Below, one piece after another: positions 1-9,118 of a stretch of 64,000 nucleotides of DNA. The notes under the pieces were generated by a model, which saw only the letters and a list, made by a program, of their open reading frames with translations, was not told the DNA's origin and did not search any database. The stretch's first letter is position 1, and the number at the start of each line of letters is the position of its first letter. The position numbers and the translations under genes were made by a program. Source of the stretch: an uncultured Alphaproteobacteria bacterium (lineage in GTDB: Bacteria > Pseudomonadota > Alphaproteobacteria > Rs-D84); NCBI GenBank assembly GCA_944389535.1, contig CALXMS010000001.1, forward strand, positions 3,390 through 67,389. The letters run 5' to 3'.

Positions 1-2524
1 CACTTTCTCGACGAGCATCTAATAAATTTTGCTCCTGTATTTCAGCAACTCTTTCCCCTAAATTTACATAATCTTGCATTCTTTGTTCTTCTAGCTCTGC
101 ATATTTATTATAATAATTATCCATAGCCTTTTTTATCGAAGACGATGCAATTAATGCACGCATTTGTTTGGTCAGACTAGGAAAACGAGCACTTGATTCA
201 TTTCTGGAAACAATATTTCTTCCACCTATTCCGTCTATATCGCGACCAGTCATACAAAACTGAACCTGTGGATTTGATTCAATTGCGCTTATCGCATTAT
301 CTATTGAGTTTTGTAATACACCTAATTCTGACTTTATATCTTCAAGATATGCAGAATCTGATATTTTACTTTCATCAACTATCAATTTACCAGTTTCTTC
401 ATTAAAAGAAACTGCATCCCAAGGAATTTCTCCTTCTATGACAATAGCGAATTTTGATCCATTAGTTGCGTTTACATACATAGCATCTTTTATACTATCT
501 GTAACGTTTTCACCGCTAGATTGGGTTGACGTTAAAGGATCTCTACCTAACTCTTCATCTGTAATTTGGGAAATATTAGTATAACAAGAATTATAATCTA
601 TTCCTGTACTATCAGAATAATTTATTACATTACAGATTTTATATTCAAGTGTATTAGAACCAATATAACTATCAATTGTCATATTGTCACAATTTTCTGT
701 ATCGCCACAAACTGTTATCATCGCCTCATCTGCAATATTTCTACATTCTTCTAATAAGTTATTATCTATATTAAGAATAATTCCTTGAACCCATGGTTCA
801 AGTTGGGCATAAAAATCTTCTTCCGCATTACCGGTTTTTGAAATGGAATTCCCTGTTGAATAATTTTGACAACCGACAAGTAATTCTTCCGGACACATTC
901 TAATGATTGTATCTGTATCTAAACCTATGCACTGGGTATAATCAGATCCACATCTATCTTCTGATTGAAGGCATTCTTTGATCTGCGTCGTACAAGAATT
1001 TACACGCATAGACGCTAACCTTGCCACCACAAAATCCCATATCTCTGAATCCTGCGCCTTAGAAGCACTTGATGTGTCCACACCACATGCATTTAACGGT
1101 ACTTGACACAAATTCAACATGCTCTCTGGCCTTGTTAAACATAAATCATATGAACCTTCCGGATCTTTCGGATCCATCGTATCTTTACATGCTTTTTGGA
1201 AGCACGAAGAGATGTTTCCAATGCAATTCTGACGAGCATTATCTTCTGCTATTAACTCTGCAGATTTTACCTGAGGGGCAACTTCTTTTAAAAACGTATC
1301 CCATACTTGATCTGCTACTGCTTGACACTGCTTAGTTACTGTGTCACATAATGGTTTCTTGGATAGCAATATATCATACGTTGATGCTTGTATCTCTATA
1401 CTCGTTACGTTCCCCTGTATTTCATATGTCGACGCATTCTTGTTCCCTCGGGTACTCGTAGAATCAAATGCCGCTATCGAGGCACATCCAGAAAAGTCTT
1501 CCCCACAACCTCCTGTCGATATCATACAATCTTTAAACGCTACGGTACATTGACCTAAATCATATGCGTTCGCTGTCTGATATTGTTCCAATGCCGCTTC
1601 ACGCAACGCCTGTTCTGCAACATATAATTTTTGAGCACTTGCATTCTTTTGCTGCTTTAAACTATTCTCATATGCCGTACAATCGCTTCTTATTTGCTGT
1701 GCGTACATCAACTGAAGCATAGATAATTCCGATTCGCATTCTGGCATCTGTTCTATACAAATTTGATGAGAAGCTTGATATAAAGCATCCCCTTCTTTTC
1801 CTTCAATTGGATTTTGCGTAACACCGGTATCAGCAAAAATATCGTCTACGGTAAAATCAACTGGTGACAACCAAGATGTTAAATCTAAAGTTCTTTCTTC
1901 TTCCTCGTTATTAGCGTCTATAATAGAAAGAGCAACTGCATTCGCATTCGCAATCGCCGCATCCGCAGCGTCACCCATCTCTATTCTTTCGACTCCGTAC
2001 GTAGCCATTTGATAAGATTGTTGGTCTAATTGTTCTATCTGAGCCAATATATCATCATATTCTGCGTTCTTATCACTACATATACAACGACCGCCACTGT
2101 CATTGTCCAACATACAAAATGAATCCATACAACCATAATATTTCTGACGACATGCTTCACTTACTATCACGTTCTCGTTCGCTGACGCAACTGTCGTTCC
2201 ACTGTTTAAAACTTTTTGCGTAGAACCTGCTCTTGCCGTTACAACACCACTACGAGATGTATTCGTATTCGATGGCGTTGTCGTATTACGACTTACCGTC
2301 GTGCGACCACTTGTCGCACTGCGGGTGCTAGAAGATGGAGTTACAGCAGAACTACGCGTGTTTATCGTCGCACTGCGCGCAGAACTACTTACAGAACGAG
2401 TCGAAGAAGATGGCGCAGACGTATCTCCAGAAGAACCACTACCCCTTGGATTATTTGCTGTCGCGCCTTCTGCGTTAACTACACAAAATGAAAATAAAGC
2501 GAATATTATCGCGAATTTCTTCAT
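1..2524 (-). CDS. Large secreted cysteine-rich protein, C-terminal part cut by the window edge (at least 841 codons seen)
   Basis: Absent from the ORF track because it runs off the left edge. Hand translation from the ATG at 2524-2522 gives MKKFAIIFALFSFCVVNAEG (signal peptide), then a Ser/Thr/Arg-rich stretch. A Cys-rich body follows (..CRQKYYGCMDSFCMLDNDSGGRCICS.., ..VCGDTENCDNM..), then a coiled-coil-like part (..AELEEQRMQDYVNLGERVAEIQEQNLLDARRES at nt 1). I met no stop codon in the hand translation. Confidence 0.75.
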   Translation of the reverse strand, partial: MKKFAIIFALFSFCVVNAEGATANNPRGSGSSGDTSAPSSSTRSVSSSARSATINTRSSAVTPSSSTRSATSGRTTVSRNTTTPSNTNTSRSGVVTARAGSTQKVLNSGTTVASANENVIVSEACRQKYYGCMDSFCMLDNDSGGRCICSDKNAEYDDILAQIEQLDQQSYQMATYGVERIEMGDAADAAIANANAVALSIIDANNEEEERTLDLTSWLSPVDFTVDDIFADTGVTQNPIEGKEGDALYQASHQICIEQMPECESELSMLQLMYAQQIRSDCTAYENSLKQQKNASAQKLYVAEQALREAALEQYQTANAYDLGQCTVAFKDCMISTGGCGEDFSGCASIAAFDSTSTRGNKNASTYEIQGNVTSIEIQASTYDILLSKKPLCDTVTKQCQAVADQVWDTFLKEVAPQVKSAELIAEDNARQNCIGNISSCFQKACKDTMDPKDPEGSYDLCLTRPESMLNLCQVPLNACGVDTSSASKAQDSEIWDFVVARLASMRVNSCTTQIKECLQSEDRCGSDYTQCIGLDTDTIIRMCPEELLVGCQNYSTGNSISKTGNAEEDFYAQLEPWVQGIILNIDNNLLEECRNIADEAMITVCGDTENCDNMTIDSYIGSNTLEYKICNVINYSDSTGIDYNSCYTNISQITDEELGRDPLTSTQSSGENVTDSIKDAMYVNATNGSKFAIVIEGEIPWDAVSFNEETGKLIVDESKISDSAYLEDIKSELGVLQNSIDNAISAIESNPQVQFCMTGRDIDGIGGRNIVSRNESSARFPSLTKQMRALIASSSIKKAMDNYYNKYAELEEQRMQDYVNLGERVAEIQEQNLLDARRES

Positions 2525-2629
2525 AAAAAATCCCTTTCCTATTTTTATAATTTTATCATATTTACAGAATTTATTAAAAGTGTTTTTTACTCAAAAAAAC
2601 TCTTTATACATAAAAAAAACTACAATATA

Positions 2630-2659
2630 TTGACAATTTTATATTTCGTACTATATAAT
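2630..2659 (+). promoter_or_regulatory. Sigma70-like promoter for the 2683 gene
   Basis: TTGACA at 2630-2635, then a 16-18 nt spacer and TATATAAT at 2652-2659. The RBS AAGGGAAAAGAGAGG lies before the ATG at 2683. Confidence 0.5.
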
Positions 2660-2682
2660 TAAGGGAAAAGAGAGGTTTTTAT

Positions 2683-3540
2683 ATGAAAATAAAAATACAA
2701 ACATTAAATGTACAAAACGCGAAAGACGAATATAAAAATTTTGGTGGGCGCGTTATTCACAAACCAGATTTAGTTTTTTCGTGTTATTCACCATCTTATG
2801 TGCTGACTAACGAAGACATTCGCTGGGTATCAGAATTAACTAAAAACGAAGCAAAACGCGTTTTAACTGTTGCGGGAAGCGGTGACCAGCCTTTGTTTTA
2901 CGCGATGAACGGGGCAAAAAACATTGATACCTTTGATATTTCTTTTTGTTCAAAGGTTGTAATGGATATAAAATCTGCTGCCATAAAAAAGCTGACACGC
3001 GAAGAATATATAAACATGATATTCGGCCTTTATAATTCTACCAGCATATCCAATATCCCCGAAGTTTCTAAAATAATAAGTGATATTCCACGTAATACTG
3101 CTTACTTTATAAAAGAAATGGCCGGATATCCAATATGCGGAAATGGGCTTAACCCGGAATATTACAAAGATATAATTCCAACTGCCGAAGAATATGAAAT
3201 TATGCGTCACAATATATCAGCACCGTTTAAATTCATATGGTCAGATATAGAAAATTTACACACTCAGTTACATAATGAATACGACGTTATAAATTTATCA
3301 AATATATTTGAGTATATGACACCAAAACAAATGCATAATACTTTAATTTCTTTACGCAATTACGTTAAACCAAAAGGTTATATAATCGCACAAACGGGTA
3401 GTTTAGGTATAGCCACTAACAATAAGGCTTTTTACGAAGCGTCGCAGAAATTTAAAAGATGGGCAAGAATGGGTCACTTAAAAAAAGATGAAACAAACGC
3501 AAATTCTGAAGAAATTGCCGTTTTACAAAGGACAAGATAA
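2683..3540 (+). CDS. SAM-dependent methyltransferase-like protein (resembles the DUF3419/BtaA-like family)
   Basis: 285-aa ORF. VLTVAGSGDQPLFYAMNGAKNIDTFDIS looks like a Rossmann motif I, and there is a late ..DVINLSNIFEYM.. motif. It has its own promoter and terminator. The family assignment is from memory only. Confidence 0.55.
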   Translation: MKIKIQTLNVQNAKDEYKNFGGRVIHKPDLVFSCYSPSYVLTNEDIRWVSELTKNEAKRVLTVAGSGDQPLFYAMNGAKNIDTFDISFCSKVVMDIKSAAIKKLTREEYINMIFGLYNSTSISNIPEVSKIISDIPRNTAYFIKEMAGYPICGNGLNPEYYKDIIPTAEEYEIMRHNISAPFKFIWSDIENLHTQLHNEYDVINLSNIFEYMTPKQMHNTLISLRNYVKPKGYIIAQTGSLGIATNNKAFYEASQKFKRWARMGHLKKDETNANSEEIAVLQRTR

Positions 3541-3570
3541 AAAAAAATCGCCCAAAAGGGCGATTTTTTT
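3541..3570. terminator. Bidirectional rho-independent terminator (2683 gene / rplQ)
   Basis: AAAAAAA-TCGCCC-aaaa-GGGCGA-TTTTTTT, a hairpin flanked by A and T runs between convergent genes. Confidence 0.8.
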
Positions 3571-4129
3571 ATTTACTTGCTGTACGACGTTTTGCGGTCG
3601 CAGTTTTTTTTGCATTTTTTTCTTTTACTTCTTCTGACGCTTCGGCATCGACTTTTTTCGCAGCAGATTTAGATGTCTTTTCTTTCTTTTCTGCTTTATC
3701 TGTTGATTTATCGGTTGCTTTTTCTTCAGCAGTTGCAGCTGGTTTTACAACTTTCTTGGCATTTACATCACGATCAACCAACTCAATTATTGCCATAGGG
3801 GCCGCATCACCATAACGGAAACCAGCCTTTAATACACGTGTATACCCCCCCGGACGATTTGCATAACGAGGGCCCAGAACTGTGAATAATTTTTTCACTG
3901 TCGCAGAAGAATTATTACCCAGTTCACTTGCAATTAAACGACGATTGGCAACCGTGTCGACTTTTGCGCGAGTAATCAATTTTTCAACGACACCGCGTAA
4001 ATCTTTTGCCTTTGGCAAAGTCGTTTTAATTTGTTCTTTTTCAATTAAGTTTTTCGCCAAGCCAATAAACAACGCTTTGCGAGCATTTGTATCGCGATTA
4101 AATGTGCGACCTGCTTTCATATGTCTCAT
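3569..4129 (-). CDS. rplQ: 50S ribosomal protein L17 with a long Lys/Ala/Glu-rich C-terminal tail
   Basis: [21 protein letters not shown]..; it follows rpoA as in the alpha operon. 186 aa, with an extra ..[27 protein letters not shown].. tail. Confidence 0.95.
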   Translation of the reverse strand: MRHMKAGRTFNRDTNARKALFIGLAKNLIEKEQIKTTLPKAKDLRGVVEKLITRAKVDTVANRRLIASELGNNSSATVKKLFTVLGPRYANRPGGYTRVLKAGFRYGDAAPMAIIELVDRDVNAKKVVKPAATAEEKATDKSTDKAEKKEKTSKSAAKKVDAEASEEVKEKNAKKTATAKRRTASK

Positions 4130-4219
4130 TGATTACTCCTTTTTGTTTCCGCCCCTATAAAAATATGGGGATCTTTGTGAGACACCACGTCCTAAAATTT
4201 CTTTCAGCAGCGTGGAATG

Positions 4220-4250
4220 TTGCCATGCGATCTATAATACCGCATGGCAA
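4220..4250 (-). promoter_or_regulatory. Perfect 10-bp intercistronic hairpin between rpoA and rplQ
   Basis: TTGCCATGCG-11 nt-CGCATGGCAA, with no U-tract after it on the minus strand. Confidence 0.5.
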
Positions 4251-4261
4251 ATTTAGTAAGT

Positions 4262-5290
4262 TTATTTGTACGGATCTTCGTACTTTTTAGCCAATTCTGC
4301 AATGTTTTCTGGTGGCCACCCTGGTACTTCCATACCCAAGCTTAAACCCATTGCTTCCAATTGAACTTTTATTTCGTTCAAAGACTTACGACCAAAGTTT
4401 GGCGTTTTCAACATATCTGTTTCTGTCTTTTGAACCAATTCACCCAACCAATTAATCTTATCGTTCTTTAAGCAATTATTTGCACGAACTGATAATTCAA
4501 GTTCATCAACATGTTTCAACAATTTTGGATCAAATGGTAACGCATCTTTCGCTTTTTCTTCTTCAGCAGGTGCATTTATCTGTGCAGGATCTTCAAAGTT
4601 AATGAATACCACCAACTGATCCGTTAAAATGCGCGCCGCCAAAGCTATCGCATCTTCCGGAGAAACAGAACCATTTGTCTTAACAGTCATTTCTAATTTA
4701 TCGTAATCTGTACTTTGACCTACACGCGTTTCAGAAACTTCCGTCGCAACATTCAAAATTGGTGAAAAGATTGAATCAACTGGGATAACACCCAAAGGTA
4801 ATCCATCAGCATGTGCAGACGCAGGAACATAACCACGACCTGTTGATAAAGTTATTTCCATATCTAAGTTTGCACCATTATCCAAAGTACAAATTTCTGC
4901 GTCTTTGTTCATAACCTCAACGCCACCAGATGTTTCAATCATACCAGCCGTAACAACTGCTGGACCTTTTACTTTCAAAGTCGCTTTATGTTGTCCCTCA
5001 GTCAACGCTTTGAAATAAACACCCTTCAGATTTAAAATAATATCAGTGACATCTTCACGAACACCGGAAATACTAGAAAATTCGTGCTGTACACCATCTA
5101 TTTTAATATAAATCGGGGCACAACCCTGCAGCGAAGACAAAAGAACACGGCGTAATGCAGTACCCAATGTCAAACCGAAACCTTTTTCCAGCGGTTCGGC
5201 AATCAAAGTTGCTTGGTTTGGATTATGTTCGTCAATTTTAATATTTAGTTTTTTGGGTTTAATCAAAGTAACCCAGTTTTTTTCAATCAT
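4262..5290 (-). CDS. rpoA: DNA-directed RNA polymerase alpha subunit
   Basis: [61 protein letters not shown]. The start was moved to the ATG at 5290, which gives the canonical MI.KNW N-terminus. Confidence 0.95.
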   Translation of the reverse strand: MIEKNWVTLIKPKKLNIKIDEHNPNQATLIAEPLEKGFGLTLGTALRRVLLSSLQGCAPIYIKIDGVQHEFSSISGVREDVTDIILNLKGVYFKALTEGQHKATLKVKGPAVVTAGMIETSGGVEVMNKDAEICTLDNGANLDMEITLSTGRGYVPASAHADGLPLGVIPVDSIFSPILNVATEVSETRVGQSTDYDKLEMTVKTNGSVSPEDAIALAARILTDQLVVFINFEDPAQINAPAEEEKAKDALPFDPKLLKHVDELELSVRANNCLKNDKINWLGELVQKTETDMLKTPNFGRKSLNEIKVQLEAMGLSLGMEVPGWPPENIAELAKKYEDPYK

Positions 5291-5449
5291 AAAATCCTCC
5301 ATTCGGCTTAGTTTATCATTTTCGCCAATGCGGCCACGTCAGAATTATCTCTAACGAGCCCGCAAATTTTATAACACAAATCCCAGAAAGTCAAACAAAT
5401 ATTAATGTTAATATCAAAAACAAATATAGGATTTGTATCGGCAAAAATA

Positions 5450-5478
5450 TTGACAACCAAAAAATATTGTACTAATGT
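5450..5478 (+). promoter_or_regulatory. Sigma70-like promoter for the 5506 gene
   Basis: TTGACA (5450-5455), 17 nt, TAATGT (5473-5478). The RBS AAAGGA lies before the ATG at 5506. Confidence 0.45.
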
Positions 5479-5505
5479 CTAGATAACGCAATAAAAGGAT
5501 TATTT

Positions 5506-5919
5506 ATGAAAAAAATATTTTTAGCATGTCTTTTAGCATGTACTTTCGGTTTTTGCATAAGCGCATACGCTGATGGTTACGTTGAAACAGAAACCGTAAC
5601 AACGTGTGAAAAAATATCTATCGACACAGTAAAATACTATGAAGGTGATTACGTTGCACATGCACCGAAACCAACGCCAAAACCGGTAAAAAAAACGACT
5701 CCATGTCGTCACGCCACGTCACTAGATGTTTCTCGTAAATGTGACTGCATTAAATCGACAGCAAAGAAACCGGCCCCTGTTCGCGTAAAAACCTATACAG
5801 AAGTAATCGATCATTATCAAGTATACGAACCTGTTGTAACCTATAAACCAGCTGGAACTTATACGACTCGTCGTTTAATAGATGTACCAAAACCACAATG
5901 TGGAAAATGTGTAAGATAA
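5506..5919 (+). CDS. Small secreted or lipoprotein-like Cys/Pro/Lys-rich protein of unknown function
   Basis: MKKIFLACLLACTFGFCISAYADG (signal peptide, possible LLAC lipobox) and an ..APKPTPKPVKKTTPC.. stretch. It has its own promoter and terminator and lies opposite in strand to the surrounding ribosomal genes. Confidence 0.7.
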   Translation: MKKIFLACLLACTFGFCISAYADGYVETETVTTCEKISIDTVKYYEGDYVAHAPKPTPKPVKKTTPCRHATSLDVSRKCDCIKSTAKKPAPVRVKTYTEVIDHYQVYEPVVTYKPAGTYTTRRLIDVPKPQCGKCVR

Positions 5920-5957
5920 AAAATTAAACGCCTTTACAAGTGGTGTTTAAATATAAG

Positions 5958-5987
5958 TAAAAAATCTGCCGAGTGGCAGATTTTTTA
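5958..5987. terminator. Bidirectional terminator (5506 gene / rpsK)
   Basis: AAAAA-ATCTGCC-gagt-GGCAGAT-TTTTT. Confidence 0.8.
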
Positions 5988-5992
5988 TATGA

Positions 5993-6376
5993 TTAAACAC
6001 GACGTACTTTTTTCGGACGGCAGCCGTTATGTGGAATGCGTGTCGTATCAGTAATAGACTGTACAATTAAACCGGCATTTGCCAACCCGCGGACAGCAGA
6101 TTCACGACCCTGTCCAATACCACGCATCAAAACGTCAACTGTCTTCATTCCCATTTCTGCGACTTTCTTTCCTACAGCATCAGCAACAACAGTTGCCGCA
6201 TATGGGGTGGACTTTTTTGCACCCTTAAAATTATTAGCCCCAGCCGTTGCCCATGTCAAAACGGCACCAGACTGATCCGTGATTGTAATACGTGTATTGT
6301 TATTTGTCGCGACCACGTGTGCTATGCCATGTGATACTTTTTTTACGACTTTCTTTTTAGCTTTTGTAACTGCCAT
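5993..6376 (-). CDS. rpsK: 30S ribosomal protein S11
   Basis: ..GIAHVVATNNNTRITITDQSG..ATAGANNFKGAKKSTPYAA... The track start is TTG; the ATG at 6376 (MAVTKAKKK) has an AAGG RBS. Confidence 0.95.
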   Translation of the reverse strand: MAVTKAKKKVVKKVSHGIAHVVATNNNTRITITDQSGAVLTWATAGANNFKGAKKSTPYAATVVADAVGKKVAEMGMKTVDVLMRGIGQGRESAVRGLANAGLIVQSITDTTRIPHNGCRPKKVRRV

Positions 6377-6436
6377 TATTTTTACCTTTTTAGATGTCTT
6401 CAATTAACTATAGTGTTAATCTCTACCTTTGTTAAA

Positions 6437-6814
6437 TTATTTACCCTTAACTGCTGATCCCGCAACGACCACGCGCTTACCCTTACGAGTACGAGCATTA
6501 GTCTGTGTACGCTGACCGCGAACAGGTAAACGGTTACGATGACGAATACCGCGATACGTTTTTAAATCTTGTAAACGTTTAATATTCATCGCGACTTCAC
6601 GACGAACGTCACCTTCTACTTTAAAGTTTTGTTCGATATAATTCGAAATTTTAATAACATCCTCGTCAGTCAAATCTTTTGCGCGCAAACCGTCTTTCAA
6701 TTTCAGGGCTTGGCAAACCTGAGCCGCTTTGGCTGGACCGATACCATGAATATATTGCAACGCGATTTCAATGCGCTTTTCTGTCGGAATGTTAACACCT
6801 GCTATACGTGCCAT
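6437..6814 (-). CDS. rpsM: 30S ribosomal protein S13
   Basis: [30 protein letters not shown]... Confidence 0.97.
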   Translation of the reverse strand: MARIAGVNIPTEKRIEIALQYIHGIGPAKAAQVCQALKLKDGLRAKDLTDEDVIKISNYIEQNFKVEGDVRREVAMNIKRLQDLKTYRGIRHRNRLPVRGQRTQTNARTRKGKRVVVAGSAVKGK

Positions 6815-6986
6815 TTTTCATTTTCCTTTTTATTTATTGCGATCTACCGATAAAGAGACCGATTAAACGTTTCTTCGTCCTACCCAGATTTAGAAACGTA
6901 TTTTTATTTTGCCGCATTATTTTATAAAAAACGCAACAAAAGTCAAATTTTTGTTTTGTTTCTCATTAATAAATTTTAACATATCT

Positions 6987-8303
6987 TTAACGGAAACGTC
7001 CTTTTTTCTGTGCTTTTTTGATGACGCTTCTATACTGTTTAGCCACCAAATAAGACTGTACTTGATTCATCGTATCCAGTACTACACCCGCAACGATCAG
7101 CACGCTTGTACCGCCAATCGTTAACGGCATTCCCATATGAGAATTCAAAATAATAGGAACCACACAGACAACGACCAAATACACTACACCTATGGCCGTA
7201 GTACGAGAAACTACATTATCTAAGAAATGCATCGTCTGTTCACCTGGACGAACGCCTGGTATATAACCGCCTGCATTTTTAAGATTATTTGAAGTTTCTT
7301 CTGAATTGAATATAACAGCCGTCTGGAAGTATGCGAAGAAAGCTATTAATATCGTATAAGTAATTATATAAGACCATGTACCGTAAGTAAAGAATCCCAT
7401 AACAGATTGAACAATTGGGTTTTCACTTTGTACGAAACGTTGTACGAATGCCGGCAGCATCATTATACTTGCCGCAAAAACAGGTCCCATAACGCCAGAC
7501 ATATTTACCTTAATCGGAAGGTAAGAAGCATTGGTATTCATAACGCCGTTTGCCATAACTTGACGAGGGTATAAAATTTGAATACGACGCTGAGCCTGTT
7601 CAAAAAATGCGATTAATGCGATAATACCTACAACGAAGGCGACAATTAACGCAAGCATTGCCGGGGAAATCTGTCCCACCGATCCCAATGAGAACAATTG
7701 AGCAACGCCGCTTGGTACCTGTGCAATAATTCCGGCAAAGATAAGCAGCGAAGCACCTTGACCTATACCACGGGCAGTAATTTGTTCTGCCAACCACATA
7801 ACAAAGACCGTACCACCAACCAGCGCAATTATAGCGGTTAATTCAAAAGTAAAACCAGGGTTTACAACAGCGGCTACGCCATTTACCGGTGCCATTGCTT
7901 CTAATCCACGAACAACCGCCCAACCTTGGACTACTGCTAAGAATACTGCTAAATAACGAGTATACTGATTAATTTTGATACGTCCTGATTCGCCTTCTTT
8001 ACGTAATTCATTTAAAGACTTACTAGTCGCTGTTAACAGCTGTAAAACAATGGATGCAGAAATGTACGGGAATATGTTAAGAGCCAGCACAGACATACGA
8101 GACAAAGACCCACCGGCGAACATATCAAACATCCCCATCATACCACTGCCCTCGCCCGTAAATAAATGTAGAACGGCAGAAGCGTTTACCCCCGGTAATG
8201 GAATAAAAGAACCGATACGATATACAACAAGCGCCCCCAGCGTAAACAGGATGCGTTTCTGTAAATCGGACATATTTCCAAAAAATTCTCTCAAAAATTT
8301 CAT
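6987..8303 (-). CDS. secY: Preprotein translocase subunit SecY
   Basis: A 438-aa polytopic membrane protein at the end of the spc operon, after rplO. Confidence 0.95.
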   Translation of the reverse strand: MKFLREFFGNMSDLQKRILFTLGALVVYRIGSFIPLPGVNASAVLHLFTGEGSGMMGMFDMFAGGSLSRMSVLALNIFPYISASIVLQLLTATSKSLNELRKEGESGRIKINQYTRYLAVFLAVVQGWAVVRGLEAMAPVNGVAAVVNPGFTFELTAIIALVGGTVFVMWLAEQITARGIGQGASLLIFAGIIAQVPSGVAQLFSLGSVGQISPAMLALIVAFVVGIIALIAFFEQAQRRIQILYPRQVMANGVMNTNASYLPIKVNMSGVMGPVFAASIMMLPAFVQRFVQSENPIVQSVMGFFTYGTWSYIITYTILIAFFAYFQTAVIFNSEETSNNLKNAGGYIPGVRPGEQTMHFLDNVVSRTTAIGVVYLVVVCVVPIILNSHMGMPLTIGGTSVLIVAGVVLDTMNQVQSYLVAKQYRSVIKKAQKKGRFR

Positions 8304-8324
8304 ACGTACGAACTTTTAATTAGT

Positions 8325-8352
8325 TTTGCATCCGACGCATATCGGATGCAAA
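8325..8352 (-). promoter_or_regulatory. Perfect 11-bp intercistronic hairpin between rplO and secY
   Basis: TTTGCATCCGA-cgcata-TCGGATGCAAA. Confidence 0.45.
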
Positions 8353-8360
8353 TAAATTGA

Positions 8361-8819
8361 TTACTTGTTTTTTATTGAACCGCCCGCTTTAACGATTGCT
8401 TCTTCTGCGGATTTAGACCATTTTTCAGCTATGACATTAACAGCTGTTTTTATTTCGCCTTTTGCCAATACTTTCAAGCCATCTTTTTTACGGTTCACAA
8501 TTTTGGCGTTCAACAAAGAATCAATCGTAATTGGTGATTTAGCGTCAATTTTTCCTGCAGCGATAAACTTTTCAATATCACCCAAATTAATTGTTACATA
8601 TTCTTTTGCGAATGGGTTATTGAAACCAAATTTTGGGAAACGACGTAAAATCGGCATCTGTCCACCTTGGAAAGTAGCCTGTTTACGAGAACCGCTACGA
8701 GACTTCTGACCTTTATTACCACGTCCGGAAGTTTTACCCATACCGCTTCCCATGCCACGACCAACGCGTTTAGCATTTGCACGAGCACCAAAATTATCCA
8801 TCAAAGCATTAAGTTTCAT
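8361..8819 (-). CDS. rplO: 50S ribosomal protein L15
   Basis: MKLNALMDNFGARANAKRVGRGMGSGMGKTSGRGNKGQKSRSG... Confidence 0.96.
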   Translation of the reverse strand: MKLNALMDNFGARANAKRVGRGMGSGMGKTSGRGNKGQKSRSGSRKQATFQGGQMPILRRFPKFGFNNPFAKEYVTINLGDIEKFIAAGKIDAKSPITIDSLLNAKIVNRKKDGLKVLAKGEIKTAVNVIAEKWSKSAEEAIVKAGGSIKNK

Positions 8820-8903
8820 TTCATATTTCCTTTTTCCTGCGAACTATAATTATATCATAGTTCTATGCGCACACCAAAATTAGTGTACTCGGTTTTACCA
8901 TTT

Positions 8904-9083
8904 TTATTTTTCAACGATTTCGACCAAATGAGCAACCTTCGCAACCATACCACGTACTGCAGGTGTATCTTCTAACTCTTTGGTTTTACCGATGCGTCCC
9001 AACCCCAGTGCAGCAACAACTTTACGTTGCGTTTCTGGACGGCCAACTATACTTTTATACTGTCTAACAATTATTTTTGCCAT
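8904..9083 (-). CDS. rpmD: 50S ribosomal protein L30 (59 aa, below the ORF-track cutoff)
   Basis: Hand translation gives MAKIIVRQYKSIVGRPETQRKVVAALGLGRIGKTKELEDTPAVRGMVAKVAHLVEIVEK. It sits in the expected slot between rpsE and rplO. Confidence 0.9.
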   Translation of the reverse strand: MAKIIVRQYKSIVGRPETQRKVVAALGLGRIGKTKELEDTPAVRGMVAKVAHLVEIVEK

Positions 9084-9118
9084 GATACTTTCTCCGTTTT
9101 TATTGGCGCGGGTCCAAA

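Noticed and set aside
2216-2633. Arg/Thr-rich plus-strand ORFs (2216-2491 and 2301-2633).
   Set aside because: They are antisense shadows of the Ser/Thr/Arg-rich N-terminal region of the large minus-strand Cys-rich protein (1-2524).
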